DNA from: Myxococcota bacterium
Lineage (GTDB): Bacteria; Myxococcota_A; Polyangia; Polyangiales; Sandaracinaceae
DNA: 64,000 nucleotides
Reading direction: 5' to 3'
Assembly (NCBI GenBank): GCA_036149055.1
Contig: JAYZQJ010000082.1
Span: 1 to 64,000, forward strand
The translations under genes were made by a program, and so were the position numbers. Below, piece after piece: positions 46,364 to 54,923 of the stretch (its first letter is position 1; each line of letters begins with the position of its first letter). The notes beneath the pieces were generated by a model that did not search any database, was not told the origin of the DNA, and saw nothing but the letters and a program-made list of their open reading frames with translations.

Positions 46364-47466
46364 GCGCGCACGCTCCCAAGACGGTCGTGTGTGCGGGGGG
46401 CGGCGGCGTGGGCAAGACGACGACGAGCGCGGCGCTCGGCCTGGCGCTCGCCCGGCAGGGTCACCGCACCCTGGTCGTCACCGTCGACCCTGCGCGGCGC
46501 CTCGCCTCGGCGATGGGCGTGGACGTGGACGCCGCGGTGCACGAGGCCCACGTCGAGCCCGGCGTGGAGGGCAAGCTCTTCGCGCTCATGCCCGAGCCGC
46601 GCCGCTCCACCCGGACCTTCATCGAGCTGCTCTTCGAGGAGGAGCCCGAGGCGAAGGCCCGCATGCTGAAGAACCGCATCTACCTGCTGCTCGCCGACGC
46701 GGCCGCGGGGATGCACGAGATCGTGTCCCTGATGCTGGTGGCGAAGGCGATCGAGGAGCGGACCTTCGACTACCTCGTGGTCGACACCGCGCCCTCGCGT
46801 CAGGGCCTCGACTTCGTCTCCTACCCGGGCCGGCTCGCCACCCTCTACGAGGGCCGCGCGGTCACCTGGCTCGGTCAGCTCGCCGGCACCGGCGAGGCCG
46901 AGGAGGAGAGCGACGGCGGCGGCCTGCTCGCCGCGGGCAAGAAGAAGGTCGAGCAGCTCTTCGGCCGCCTCGTGAACCCGCAGACGCTGCGCGATCTCGC
47001 CGGCCTCTTCGCCGAGCTCGCCCTGGTGAAGGACCGCTTCGCGCGCCTGGCGCGGGTGTCCGAGCACCTCCTGCTCGGGCCGTCCACGCGCTACCTGGTG
47101 GTGGCGGCGCCGAGCGGCTCGGCCGCGGCCGACGCGCGCTTCCTCGGTCGCAAGCTCAAGCGCCTCGGGCAGCGCCCGACCGCGCTCGTGCTCAACCGCG
47201 CCGACGCGGGCACCCCGGACTGGCTGGCCCAGCTCGACGGCGCCCAGGCGCTGCCGCCGGAGCTGTCCCAGGCGCTCGAGGCGGTGCACGCCGAGCTGCA
47301 CACCCGTCAGCGACAGGGCGACGCGCTCGCCGAGACCCTGCAGAAGGACATGCCGGGCACGCCGACCGTGCGCCTGCCGACGCTCGAGGCGCGCGATCCG
47401 AGCCGCATCGTGCGCTCCCTCGCCGATCGGCTGGCCGCGCACCTCCCGCTGCTGGCCGGGGCGTGA
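46360..47466 (+). CDS. ArsA/Get3-family ATPase, subunit 2
   Basis: GGGGVGKTT, TVDPARRLA, VVDTAPS, VLNR; GTGA overlap. Confidence 0.85.
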   Translation: MSAHAPKTVVCAGGGGVGKTTTSAALGLALARQGHRTLVVTVDPARRLASAMGVDVDAAVHEAHVEPGVEGKLFALMPEPRRSTRTFIELLFEEEPEAKARMLKNRIYLLLADAAAGMHEIVSLMLVAKAIEERTFDYLVVDTAPSRQGLDFVSYPGRLATLYEGRAVTWLGQLAGTGEAEEESDGGGLLAAGKKKVEQLFGRLVNPQTLRDLAGLFAELALVKDRFARLARVSEHLLLGPSTRYLVVAAPSGSAAADARFLGRKLKRLGQRPTALVLNRADAGTPDWLAQLDGAQALPPELSQALEAVHAELHTRQRQGDALAETLQKDMPGTPTVRLPTLEARDPSRIVRSLADRLAAHLPLLAGA

Positions 47467-48266
47467 TCGAGGGCTTCGAGGTCGCGCCGTTCACCGCGCT
47501 CGGCGAGACCCGGGACGTGTTCTCGCGCGGTGAGGGGCCGCCCGTGCTGGTGATGCACGAGATCCCCGGCATCACGCCCGAGGTCGCGCGCTTCGCGCGG
47601 CGCGTCGCCGACGCCGGCTTCGCGGTGGCGATGCCCAACCTCTTCGGGACCCCGGGCAAGCCCTTCAGCCAGGGCTACGCCCTCGGCCAGATCGCCCGCG
47701 CCTGCGTCTCGCGTGAGTTCCACGTGCTCGCCCGGCGCGGGGCCAGCCCGGTGACCGAGTGGCTCCGCGCGCTCTGTCGCCAGCTCAGCGAGGACGGCGG
47801 CGGCGCCCCGGTCGGGGCCATCGGCATGTGTCTCACCGGCAACTTCGCGCTGGCGCTCATGGTGGACGACCACCTGATGGCGCCGGTGCTCAGCCAGCCG
47901 TCGCTGCCGTTCGGGGTGAGCGCCTCCCACCGCGCCGCGCTGCACGTGAGCGACGAGGCGCTCGAGCGGGTCAAGGCGCGCTGCGCGGACGGGGCGAGGG
48001 TGCTCGGCCTGCGCTTCACCGGCGACCCGCTGGTGCCGGCGGCGCGCTTCGAGACGCTCCGGCGCGAGCTCGGCGACGCGTTCGAGGCCATCGAGATCGA
48101 CAGCGGACGCGGCAACCCGCACGGCGTGGCCCGGAGCGCGCACAGCGTGGTGACGCTCGACCTGGTCGACGAGGAGGGGCACCCGACCCGGGCGGCGCTC
48201 GAGCGCGTGCTGTCGTTCTTCGACGCCCAGCTCAGGGGGAGCGCGGCGCCAGGCGCCTCTTCATGA
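47463..48266 (+). CDS. Dienelactone hydrolase family protein
   Basis: MHEIPGI, GAIGMCLTG nucleophile elbow, RF.GD, AHSV; GTGA overlap. Confidence 0.88.
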   Translation: MIEGFEVAPFTALGETRDVFSRGEGPPVLVMHEIPGITPEVARFARRVADAGFAVAMPNLFGTPGKPFSQGYALGQIARACVSREFHVLARRGASPVTEWLRALCRQLSEDGGGAPVGAIGMCLTGNFALALMVDDHLMAPVLSQPSLPFGVSASHRAALHVSDEALERVKARCADGARVLGLRFTGDPLVPAARFETLRRELGDAFEAIEIDSGRGNPHGVARSAHSVVTLDLVDEEGHPTRAALERVLSFFDAQLRGSAAPGASS

Positions 48267-49053
48267 CCTCGATCGCGTCCGCGCTCTGATCGATCAGCAC
48301 GTAGCCCCGCCCGTTCCGCCGCGCGGCGTCGCCGGTGGTTCCGCTGCCGGCGAAGAAGTCGAGCACCACGTCGCCCGGGTCGCTGTGCACCTTGACGATC
48401 CGCTCGAGCACACCGAGCGGCTTCTGGGTCGGGTATCCGGTCTTCTCCTTACCGTTCGTCGGGACGATGGTGTGCCACCAGACGTCGGTCGGCGTCTTGC
48501 CCCGCGCCGCCTTCTCCTTCCCCACGAGGCCGGGCGCCATGTAGGGGATGCGATCCATCTCGTCGAAGCGGAAGACGTAGCGCTTCGGGTCGCGCGCGTA
48601 CCAGAGGATGGAGTCGTGCTTCGCGGACCAACGCGACTTGCTCCTGCCACCGAAGTCGTAGGCCCACACGATCTCGTTCATGAACGATTTGCGCCCCAGC
48701 AGGTCGTCGAGCGCAACTTTGACGTAGTGCGACTCGCGCCAGTCGAGGTGGACGAAGAGCGAGGCGTCGGGCGTCAACACCCGGAGCGACGCTTCGATGC
48801 GCGGCAGCAGCCAGCCGACGTAGTCGTCGAAGCGGTCGGCGTAGGCCGCCGAGGCCACCCGCTCGGTCGCGTAGCGGCGGCCCCCGAAGCCGACCCGATC
48901 TCCCGCCTCCTCGTCGCGGCGAGCCCGGATCCGCTGCCGCTTCTGGGTCTTCCCGGTGTTGAACGGTGGATCGACGTAGAGGAGCCGGGCGACGCCGTCC
49001 TCGAGCCGCGACAGCCCCTCGAGACACTCGGCGTGGAGGATCTCCTGACGCAT
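48232..49053 (-). CDS. Site-specific DNA methyltransferase (N4/N6 family, beta order), orphan
   Basis: YVDPPFNTG (motif IV), NEIVW, GYPTQKP..LERI, VLDFFAGSGTT (motif I). Confidence 0.9.
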   Translation of the reverse strand: MRQEILHAECLEGLSRLEDGVARLLYVDPPFNTGKTQKRQRIRARRDEEAGDRVGFGGRRYATERVASAAYADRFDDYVGWLLPRIEASLRVLTPDASLFVHLDWRESHYVKVALDDLLGRKSFMNEIVWAYDFGGRSKSRWSAKHDSILWYARDPKRYVFRFDEMDRIPYMAPGLVGKEKAARGKTPTDVWWHTIVPTNGKEKTGYPTQKPLGVLERIVKVHSDPGDVVLDFFAGSGTTGDAARRNGRGYVLIDQSADAIEVMKRRLAPRSP

Positions 49054-49188
49054 GCGGGGGACGTAGCACGATGCGACACGGTCCGGACGGGTCGCGCGCG
49101 CACGCGACGACTGTGGCGAGGCGCCCCGGCGCCAGCGGCCGGAACGGAGTCGGCGCGGACGGTCCGGTACGTGCATCACAGGTCCCCG

Positions 49189-50193
49189 ATGTCATCGCAC
49201 GACGCGTACGACCCGGACCTGCCCGAGCCCACCCGCGTTCGCCCCCGCGAGCGCGTGACGGCGAACCTGTTCGAGCTGCGCCGCCGCGGAGAGCCGCGGG
49301 CCCCGGCGCCGCGCGCCCCGAAGAACCGGGCCACGCTCCTGTTCGTCGAGGGGCCCAGCGCCGGCTCGGTCCTCCCTCTGGGACCTGGCGAATCGGTGAC
49401 CCTCGGTCGAGGGCTCGTCGCCCAGCACCGCATCCCCGAGGACACGCTGTCGCGGGAGCACGCCCGCGTCTTCTGGGACGCGTCCCTCGCCGAGGGCCCC
49501 GGCTACTGCATCGAGGACCTGGGCAGCACCCAGGGGACCTGGGTCGATCGCCGGAGGGTGCGTCGCCCGACGCCGCTCTCGGCCGGGCAGCGCGTGCACC
49601 TCGGCCCGCACGTCAGCTTCCGGTTCGATCTTCACGACGCGCACGAGCAGCGCATCGTCGCCGGCCTGCACGACGCGGCGATGCGGGACGCGCTCACCGG
49701 CGCCTACACGCGCCGCTACTTCCACGAGCGGCTCCGGAGCGAGCTCTCCTACGCGCGCCGCCACGACGTCCCGGTCGCGCTCATCATGCTCGACCTCGAT
49801 CACTTCAAGCAGGTGAACGACAGCTACGGCCACGTCGCCGGCGACACCGTGCTGCGGGTGGTCGCGGCGCAGCTCAAGACCCTGCTCCGGCCGGAGGACG
49901 TGCTCATCCGCTACGGCGGCGAAGAGCTCTGCGTCCTGCTCCGCGGCCTCGATCTGAAGAACGCCCAGCTCCTCGCCGAGCGCCTCCGCCGCGCCGTCGC
50001 GTCCCTGCGCATCCCGTACGAGCAGGGCGTCATCCGGGTCACGATCAGCGCCGGCGTCGCCGCCGCCCGGGATCCGGAGGAGCCGCCCCAGCTGCTCGTC
50101 GAGCGCGCCGACGAGGCCCTCTACCTCGCCAAGGACCTGGGGCGAGACCGGGTGTGCCTCCACGACGGCGAAGACACCCGCCAGACCGCCTGA
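49189..50193 (+). CDS. FHA-GGDEF diguanylate cyclase
   Basis: LGRG..SREHA..EDLGSTQGT FHA; DALTG, DLDHFKQVNDSYGH.AGD, RPED I-site, RYGGEEL. Confidence 0.9.
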   Translation: MSSHDAYDPDLPEPTRVRPRERVTANLFELRRRGEPRAPAPRAPKNRATLLFVEGPSAGSVLPLGPGESVTLGRGLVAQHRIPEDTLSREHARVFWDASLAEGPGYCIEDLGSTQGTWVDRRRVRRPTPLSAGQRVHLGPHVSFRFDLHDAHEQRIVAGLHDAAMRDALTGAYTRRYFHERLRSELSYARRHDVPVALIMLDLDHFKQVNDSYGHVAGDTVLRVVAAQLKTLLRPEDVLIRYGGEELCVLLRGLDLKNAQLLAERLRRAVASLRIPYEQGVIRVTISAGVAAARDPEEPPQLLVERADEALYLAKDLGRDRVCLHDGEDTRQTA

Positions 50194-50221
50194 TCGTCGT
50201 CCTCGGCTCGGAGGGCTCCCT

Positions 50222-50361
50222 ACTCTCAGGAATCGAGGAAGGTCGGAATCGAGGAAGAGGAGCCAGTCGATGGGACTCGGGGCCCGCCGGCCGGGTGGCC
50301 GAGACGTGCCGTACCCCTGCTGGTTCCTCCTCGCTTCGTCCCTTCCTCGCTTCCTGCGAGT
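50222..50361. repeat. Imperfect long inverted repeat between convergent genes
   Basis: Arm 50222-50266 (actctcaggaatcgaggaagg..gaggagccag) is complementary to 50320-50361 (ctggttcctcc..ccttcctcgcttcctgcgagt). Confidence 0.65.
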
Positions 50362-50367
50362 GTCGAC

Positions 50368-52152
50368 TCAACGCCTCCGGAGGAGAGGCAGCGCGGCGTC
50401 GGTCTGGGTGGTCGAGGCCTCCATCGGGGGCCCGGCGCGGGTGAGCAGGATCTCGAAGACGGCGCCGCCCTCGGGGCCGTCCACGGCTCCCACGTCGATG
50501 CTGCCCCCGTGGTCGCTCACGATGCGGTGCACGATCGCGAGGCCGAGGCCGGTGCCACCGGACTTGGTCGTGTAGTAGGGCTCGAAGATCTTCGCCTGCT
50601 CCTCCGGAGGGATGCCGGGGCCGTTGTCGATGACCTCGACCCGGACGGCCTCGTCGCCCTCGACCTCGGCGGGCGAGAGCACCACCTCGACCCGGCCTCC
50701 GCCGTCGCCGTGGCGGGCGCGGGCGGCGTCGGCCGCGTTCTGCACCAGGTTCACCAGCACCTGGGTCAGCTGCTCGCGGTCGGCGCGGACCCGCGGCAGC
50801 GCGCCCTCGACGTGCAGCTCCACCTCCACCGCCCCGCCGGAGTGCAGGCCGACGGTGTGGCGAGCGACGTCCTCGACCGCGAGCTCGACCGGCTGGGGGC
50901 GTGGCATCCGCGCGAAGCGGCTGAACTCGGTGACGATGCGCTTGAGCCGCTCGACCTCCTCGAGGATCGTCACCGTCGACTCCTCGAAGATCTCGTCGAA
51001 CTCCGGGTGACGGCGGGCGTGGGTCTTCCGCATCGTCTCGATCGACGTCTGGATCGGCATCAGCGGGTTCTTGATCTCGTGCGCGATGCGGCGCGCGATG
51101 TCTCTCCAGGCGGCGATCCGCTCGGCGCGTATCAGCTTGGCTTGCGCGTGTTTGAGCTCGCCGGTCATGTGGTTGAAGGCCATCAGCGCCTTCCGCACCT
51201 CGCCTCCGGAGTGGATGGTGATCGTCGTCGACATGTCGCCCGACGCGACCCGCGCGGCCGCGCTCTCGAGCTCCACGAGCGGCCCGGTCAGCCAGAAGGC
51301 CGCGACGATGCCGCCGAGGAAGGCGATGACGACGGTGACGCCGAGGGCGTAGAGGAGCTGCTGGTCGAGCTCGCGCATCCGCGCCTGGAGCGCCCGGTCG
51401 TCGACCGACGCCACCACCCGCGCCGACGGGGCGCCGCGCAGATCCTCGAAGACATGCACGTCCTCGCGCGGGCCGCCGCGCGCGGCGTCGGGGGGCAACT
51501 CGCCGTCCGGGCCGGTGAGGAAGAGGCGGACCGGAGGAACGTCGGCGCCGAGCGCGGCGACGTAGGCCTGGTCGAGCACGTGCCCGCCCACCGCGATCAC
51601 CCGCGCGTCGCCCTCCCGCGCCACGCAGCCGGTCAGGATCGCCTGCATCTCGTGGGTCTCGCCGCCCTGCCGCACGTGCAGGTCGCGCACGAACCAGCGC
51701 TCCCCCGCCTCCTCCACCGCCCGCGCCGTCGCCCCCTCGTCCGCGCCCGCGCGCCCCGCGAAGTGACCCGCGGCGAACACGCGCCCGTAGTGGCGGCGGC
51801 CGGGCCGGCCGTCGAGCAGCATCAGGCTGTCGAGCCCCATCGAGCGCATCAGGTTCGGCAGGCGCTGGACCAGCTCGTCCTGCTCCATCGGGCCGAAGCG
51901 CCCGGCCTGCAGGTCGAGCATCAGGCGGTCGACGACGAAGTCGCCCTCGCAGAGCCTGGCGATGGCCCGACGCTCGGCCTGCCGGCGCTCGTGCACGCGT
52001 CGCCGCGCTGCCTCCGTGATCGCGGCCAGCCGCTCGGCCTGCTGTGCCCGCGCGTCGGCGATCGTCCGCTCGCGGAAGAGGTAGCCCAGCCCGCCCACCG
52101 GACCGGCGGAGAGCAGCAGCATGAAGGCGACGATGCGCCAGCGGAGGCTCAT
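50368..52152 (-). CDS. NtrY-like HAMP sensor histidine kinase
   Basis: Two TMs flanking a periplasmic domain, HAMP, AWRDIARRIAHEIKNPL, EFSRFARMP, GTGLGL; ATGA overlap. Confidence 0.9.
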   Translation of the reverse strand: MSLRWRIVAFMLLLSAGPVGGLGYLFRERTIADARAQQAERLAAITEAARRRVHERRQAERRAIARLCEGDFVVDRLMLDLQAGRFGPMEQDELVQRLPNLMRSMGLDSLMLLDGRPGRRHYGRVFAAGHFAGRAGADEGATARAVEEAGERWFVRDLHVRQGGETHEMQAILTGCVAREGDARVIAVGGHVLDQAYVAALGADVPPVRLFLTGPDGELPPDAARGGPREDVHVFEDLRGAPSARVVASVDDRALQARMRELDQQLLYALGVTVVIAFLGGIVAAFWLTGPLVELESAAARVASGDMSTTITIHSGGEVRKALMAFNHMTGELKHAQAKLIRAERIAAWRDIARRIAHEIKNPLMPIQTSIETMRKTHARRHPEFDEIFEESTVTILEEVERLKRIVTEFSRFARMPRPQPVELAVEDVARHTVGLHSGGAVEVELHVEGALPRVRADREQLTQVLVNLVQNAADAARARHGDGGGRVEVVLSPAEVEGDEAVRVEVIDNGPGIPPEEQAKIFEPYYTTKSGGTGLGLAIVHRIVSDHGGSIDVGAVDGPEGGAVFEILLTRAGPPMEASTTQTDAALPLLRRR

Positions 52153-53552
52153 CGGGTGGCCTCCGGTCGGCTGCGCGCGAAGCTCGCGTCGGCGAGGGTC
52201 AGCCGGCCCATGCCGTCGAAGCCGAAGCCGCGGAGGTCTGCGCGGTGATGGAGGAGGACTCGCTCCTGACCGAGCACCAGCACGTCGAGCTGACGCGCCG
52301 CCTCCGCCGCCACCTCCGCGTCGCCGAGCTGGGTGGCGAGCCGACGGGCCCGATCGGTCTGCCCGGCCGCGGCGAGCGCCGCGCCGACGAGCGGGCCCCG
52401 GCCCGGGAGCGGGGGGCGTACGAGCGCGATCCGGAGGTCCCAGTCCCCGCGGGCCACGGTCGCGTCGAGGCGATCGGGCGACAGGCGGTCGACCTGGAGC
52501 GCGATCCCTCGCTCGTCGAGCATGCCGGCGAGCGCCTCGCCGACCCGCCGCTCGAAGGGGCGATCGTCGCGCACGATCATGCGCAAGCGGGCGCCACGGG
52601 GAGCCCGGCCGCGCGGGAGGCGAGGCGCCGGCAGGCCCGCCCCGAGGCTGCGGCGCGCGACCAGCCCGACCCGCTCGAGCCGAGCCCGGTCGATCGCGCT
52701 CGCCACCCCGCCCCACGCGTCGTCGTCGCGCAGCGCGCGCGCGCGGTTGGGGACGAGCAGGACGGGGCTCGCGGCGGTGGCGGTCGCCGTCTCCACCGGC
52801 CGGACCGGCTGGCCGCCGTAGAGGCTGCGGCTCCACCACGAGCCGTCGAGGCGGCCGAGCTCGAACGCGCGGACCTCCTCCTCGCGCGGACGAGGCGGCG
52901 TGAAGCGAACGCGGTTCACCCAGGGCGGTCGGTCGGGCGCGCTCCGGAAGATGCGCAGCTCCACCCCGCCGCGGCCGTCGAGGCGCCCTCGGAAGGCGCC
53001 GGTGCCGAGCGGGCGGCCGCGCACGTTGCCGCCGACCACGATCGCGAGCGGGGTGGCGGCGAGCACGATGTCGACCCGGAGACCGCGGCGCGCGAGCCGG
53101 ATCTCCACCGTCTCCTCGTCCACCTCGCGGATCGCCGGGCGGCCGTTCTCGGTGGCGAACGCGCCGAGCAGCCAGGACGCGAGGGGCGCGCTCGAGGTGC
53201 GCTGCAGCGAGCGGACGACGTGGCGCGCGCGGATCGGGCGCGTGCCGTGATGGAGCGCGCCCGGGCGGAGGCGGATGCGCGCGACGTCCTCCGCGATCTC
53301 GGGCGGGCCGGCCGCCAGCACCGCCTCGACCGTGCCGTCGTCCCGCACCTCGTAGAGCCGGTCGAAGAGCGCCTCGGTGAGGGTGGCCTCGAACGCGGTC
53401 TCGGCCCGCGCGGGGTCGAGCGTGGTCGCGGGCTCGGGGGCGGGGAGGGTGATCGCGCCGCCGTGCTTCGGGCCGAGCGCGCCGCGCGCCGGGGCCGCCG
53501 AGACCGCCAGCGCGAGGATCGCGAGGGCCGCGCCGATCAGCGAACGATCCAC
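52149..53552 (-). CDS. Family-5 (peptide/nickel-type) extracellular solute-binding protein, short form
   Basis: Signal peptide; P.HGG.I......TLDPA, LFDRLY, LR.G..HHG, GTGAFR. Confidence 0.72.
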   Translation of the reverse strand: MDRSLIGAALAILALAVSAAPARGALGPKHGGAITLPAPEPATTLDPARAETAFEATLTEALFDRLYEVRDDGTVEAVLAAGPPEIAEDVARIRLRPGALHHGTRPIRARHVVRSLQRTSSAPLASWLLGAFATENGRPAIREVDEETVEIRLARRGLRVDIVLAATPLAIVVGGNVRGRPLGTGAFRGRLDGRGGVELRIFRSAPDRPPWVNRVRFTPPRPREEEVRAFELGRLDGSWWSRSLYGGQPVRPVETATATAASPVLLVPNRARALRDDDAWGGVASAIDRARLERVGLVARRSLGAGLPAPRLPRGRAPRGARLRMIVRDDRPFERRVGEALAGMLDERGIALQVDRLSPDRLDATVARGDWDLRIALVRPPLPGRGPLVGAALAAAGQTDRARRLATQLGDAEVAAEAARQLDVLVLGQERVLLHHRADLRGFGFDGMGRLTLADASFARSRPEATR

Positions 53553-54919
53553 AGCCGCGCGCCTCCCCTTCGCTCCAGCGGCTCCTCGACCGCGAACAGC
53601 TCGTCCCGCCCGTCGCCGTCCAGGTCGCCCGCGCCGGCCACGAACACCGGGCCGGTCGTCGGCTCCGAGCGCCACAGCACGTGCAGCGCGCCCCGCGGCA
53701 GCGCGCGCATCAGCACCAGCGCGTCCCCTTCGCCCGCCGCGCTCGCGGTGCTCGCGAGCAGCTCGGGCGCGCCGTCGAGGTCGAGGTCGGTCATGGCGAG
53801 CGCCGTACCGTACCCCACCGCGCCGACCGAGCGCTCCGTCTCGTCTCCCTCGGGGCCGCGGCGCGCGAGGCGCACCGACATCCGCCCGTGCGGGGTCACC
53901 AGCCCCTCGGCCGCGACGCGCCCGCCCTCGCGGTCGGCGAACTCTCCGTAGACGTGGGCAAAGAAGTTGCCCTGCGCCTCCAGGGTGGGCGAGTCGCCGC
54001 GGGTGAGGAGCTGGTCGTAGAAGTCGCGCCCGTGCACCAGCTCCGCGCAGCCGCCGCCCATCGGGTAGCGCCCCTCCGGGCAGGGGCCCTCGGCGACCCG
54101 CAGCTGGACCGCGCCGCTCACGAGCGACACCCGCAGCGCGGGCGCGAGCTCGCTGATCCGCAGCGCCACTCCGTCGCCGTCGGGGCGCGCGCTCGCGATG
54201 ACCCGGCGCCGAGGGACGGGGGCGCGGGTCGCCTCGGCGGGCCACGCGGCGCGGCCCAGCTCGCGCGCCCGGAGGCGTCGTCCGCGCGGCTCCAGGCGGT
54301 ACACCCGCACGCCGTCCGCGCGCACGACCACCAGCTCCGCGCGCCCGTCGTCGTCGAGGTCGTGCGCCGCGATCGCGACCACGTCGGTGGTGGGCAGCAG
54401 CACGGTCTGCGGGCGGACGTCGACGTCCTGGAGGCGCGGCGGGAAGCCGGTGAAGCGCCGCAGCGCCACGTCGAGTCGGACCCGCCCGCTCCGCTCGCCG
54501 ATCCGCGCGTCGCCGCGCCAGAGCGTCAGGAACCAGCGCAGGAAGCCGCCCTCGATCCGCGCGTCGAGATCGAGCATCGCGTCGTAGCCGAGCCGGGTCG
54601 CCGCGGCCGCGCCCTCCGCGTCGAGGCCGCCGAAGAGCGCGACGTGCGCGCCGTCCCCGAGCCGCGCTCGGGCCGAAGCGGTCAACGCCGCGGGCAGCCC
54701 GTGCGGGGCGTGCTCGGGCAGGTCGACGCGAGGCCGGAGCACGACGCGCCCGGCGTCCGGGCCGACCAGCTCGGCGGCGGCGTCCGCGATCGCGTCGGCC
54801 GCCCGCTCCACGCCGTCCCCAGCGCCACCGTCCTCAGCGGCACCGTCTCGAGCGCCACCGTCCTGGGCCGCAGAGGAGGCCGGCGCGAGGAGACAGAGGA
54901 GGAGGGCGAGGCGTCTCAC
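53537..54919 (-). CDS. Exported FG-GAP/VCBS-repeat protein
   Basis: Signal peptide; DLDDDGRAEL, DLDLDGAPEL, GDLDGDGRDEL. Confidence 0.75.
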   Translation of the reverse strand: MRRLALLLCLLAPASSAAQDGGARDGAAEDGGAGDGVERAADAIADAAAELVGPDAGRVVLRPRVDLPEHAPHGLPAALTASARARLGDGAHVALFGGLDAEGAAAATRLGYDAMLDLDARIEGGFLRWFLTLWRGDARIGERSGRVRLDVALRRFTGFPPRLQDVDVRPQTVLLPTTDVVAIAAHDLDDDGRAELVVVRADGVRVYRLEPRGRRLRARELGRAAWPAEATRAPVPRRRVIASARPDGDGVALRISELAPALRVSLVSGAVQLRVAEGPCPEGRYPMGGGCAELVHGRDFYDQLLTRGDSPTLEAQGNFFAHVYGEFADREGGRVAAEGLVTPHGRMSVRLARRGPEGDETERSVGAVGYGTALAMTDLDLDGAPELLASTASAAGEGDALVLMRALPRGALHVLWRSEPTTGPVFVAGAGDLDGDGRDELFAVEEPLERRGGARLWIVR

Positions 54920-54923
54920 CGCC

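Noticed and set aside
45467..47466. Arsenic-resistance operon
   Set aside because: There is no arsB/acr3, arsC, arsD or arsR, and the motif pattern fits the BagAB/Get3-like pair.
48232..49053. Restriction-modification or defence island
   Set aside because: No endonuclease or other defence gene flanks the methyltransferase.
49910..49930. Degenerate GGDEF domain (GGEEL)
   Set aside because: The GG(D/E)E core, the DxDxFKxxND motif and the RxxD I-site are intact, so a last-position F-to-L change alone is not enough to call it inactive.
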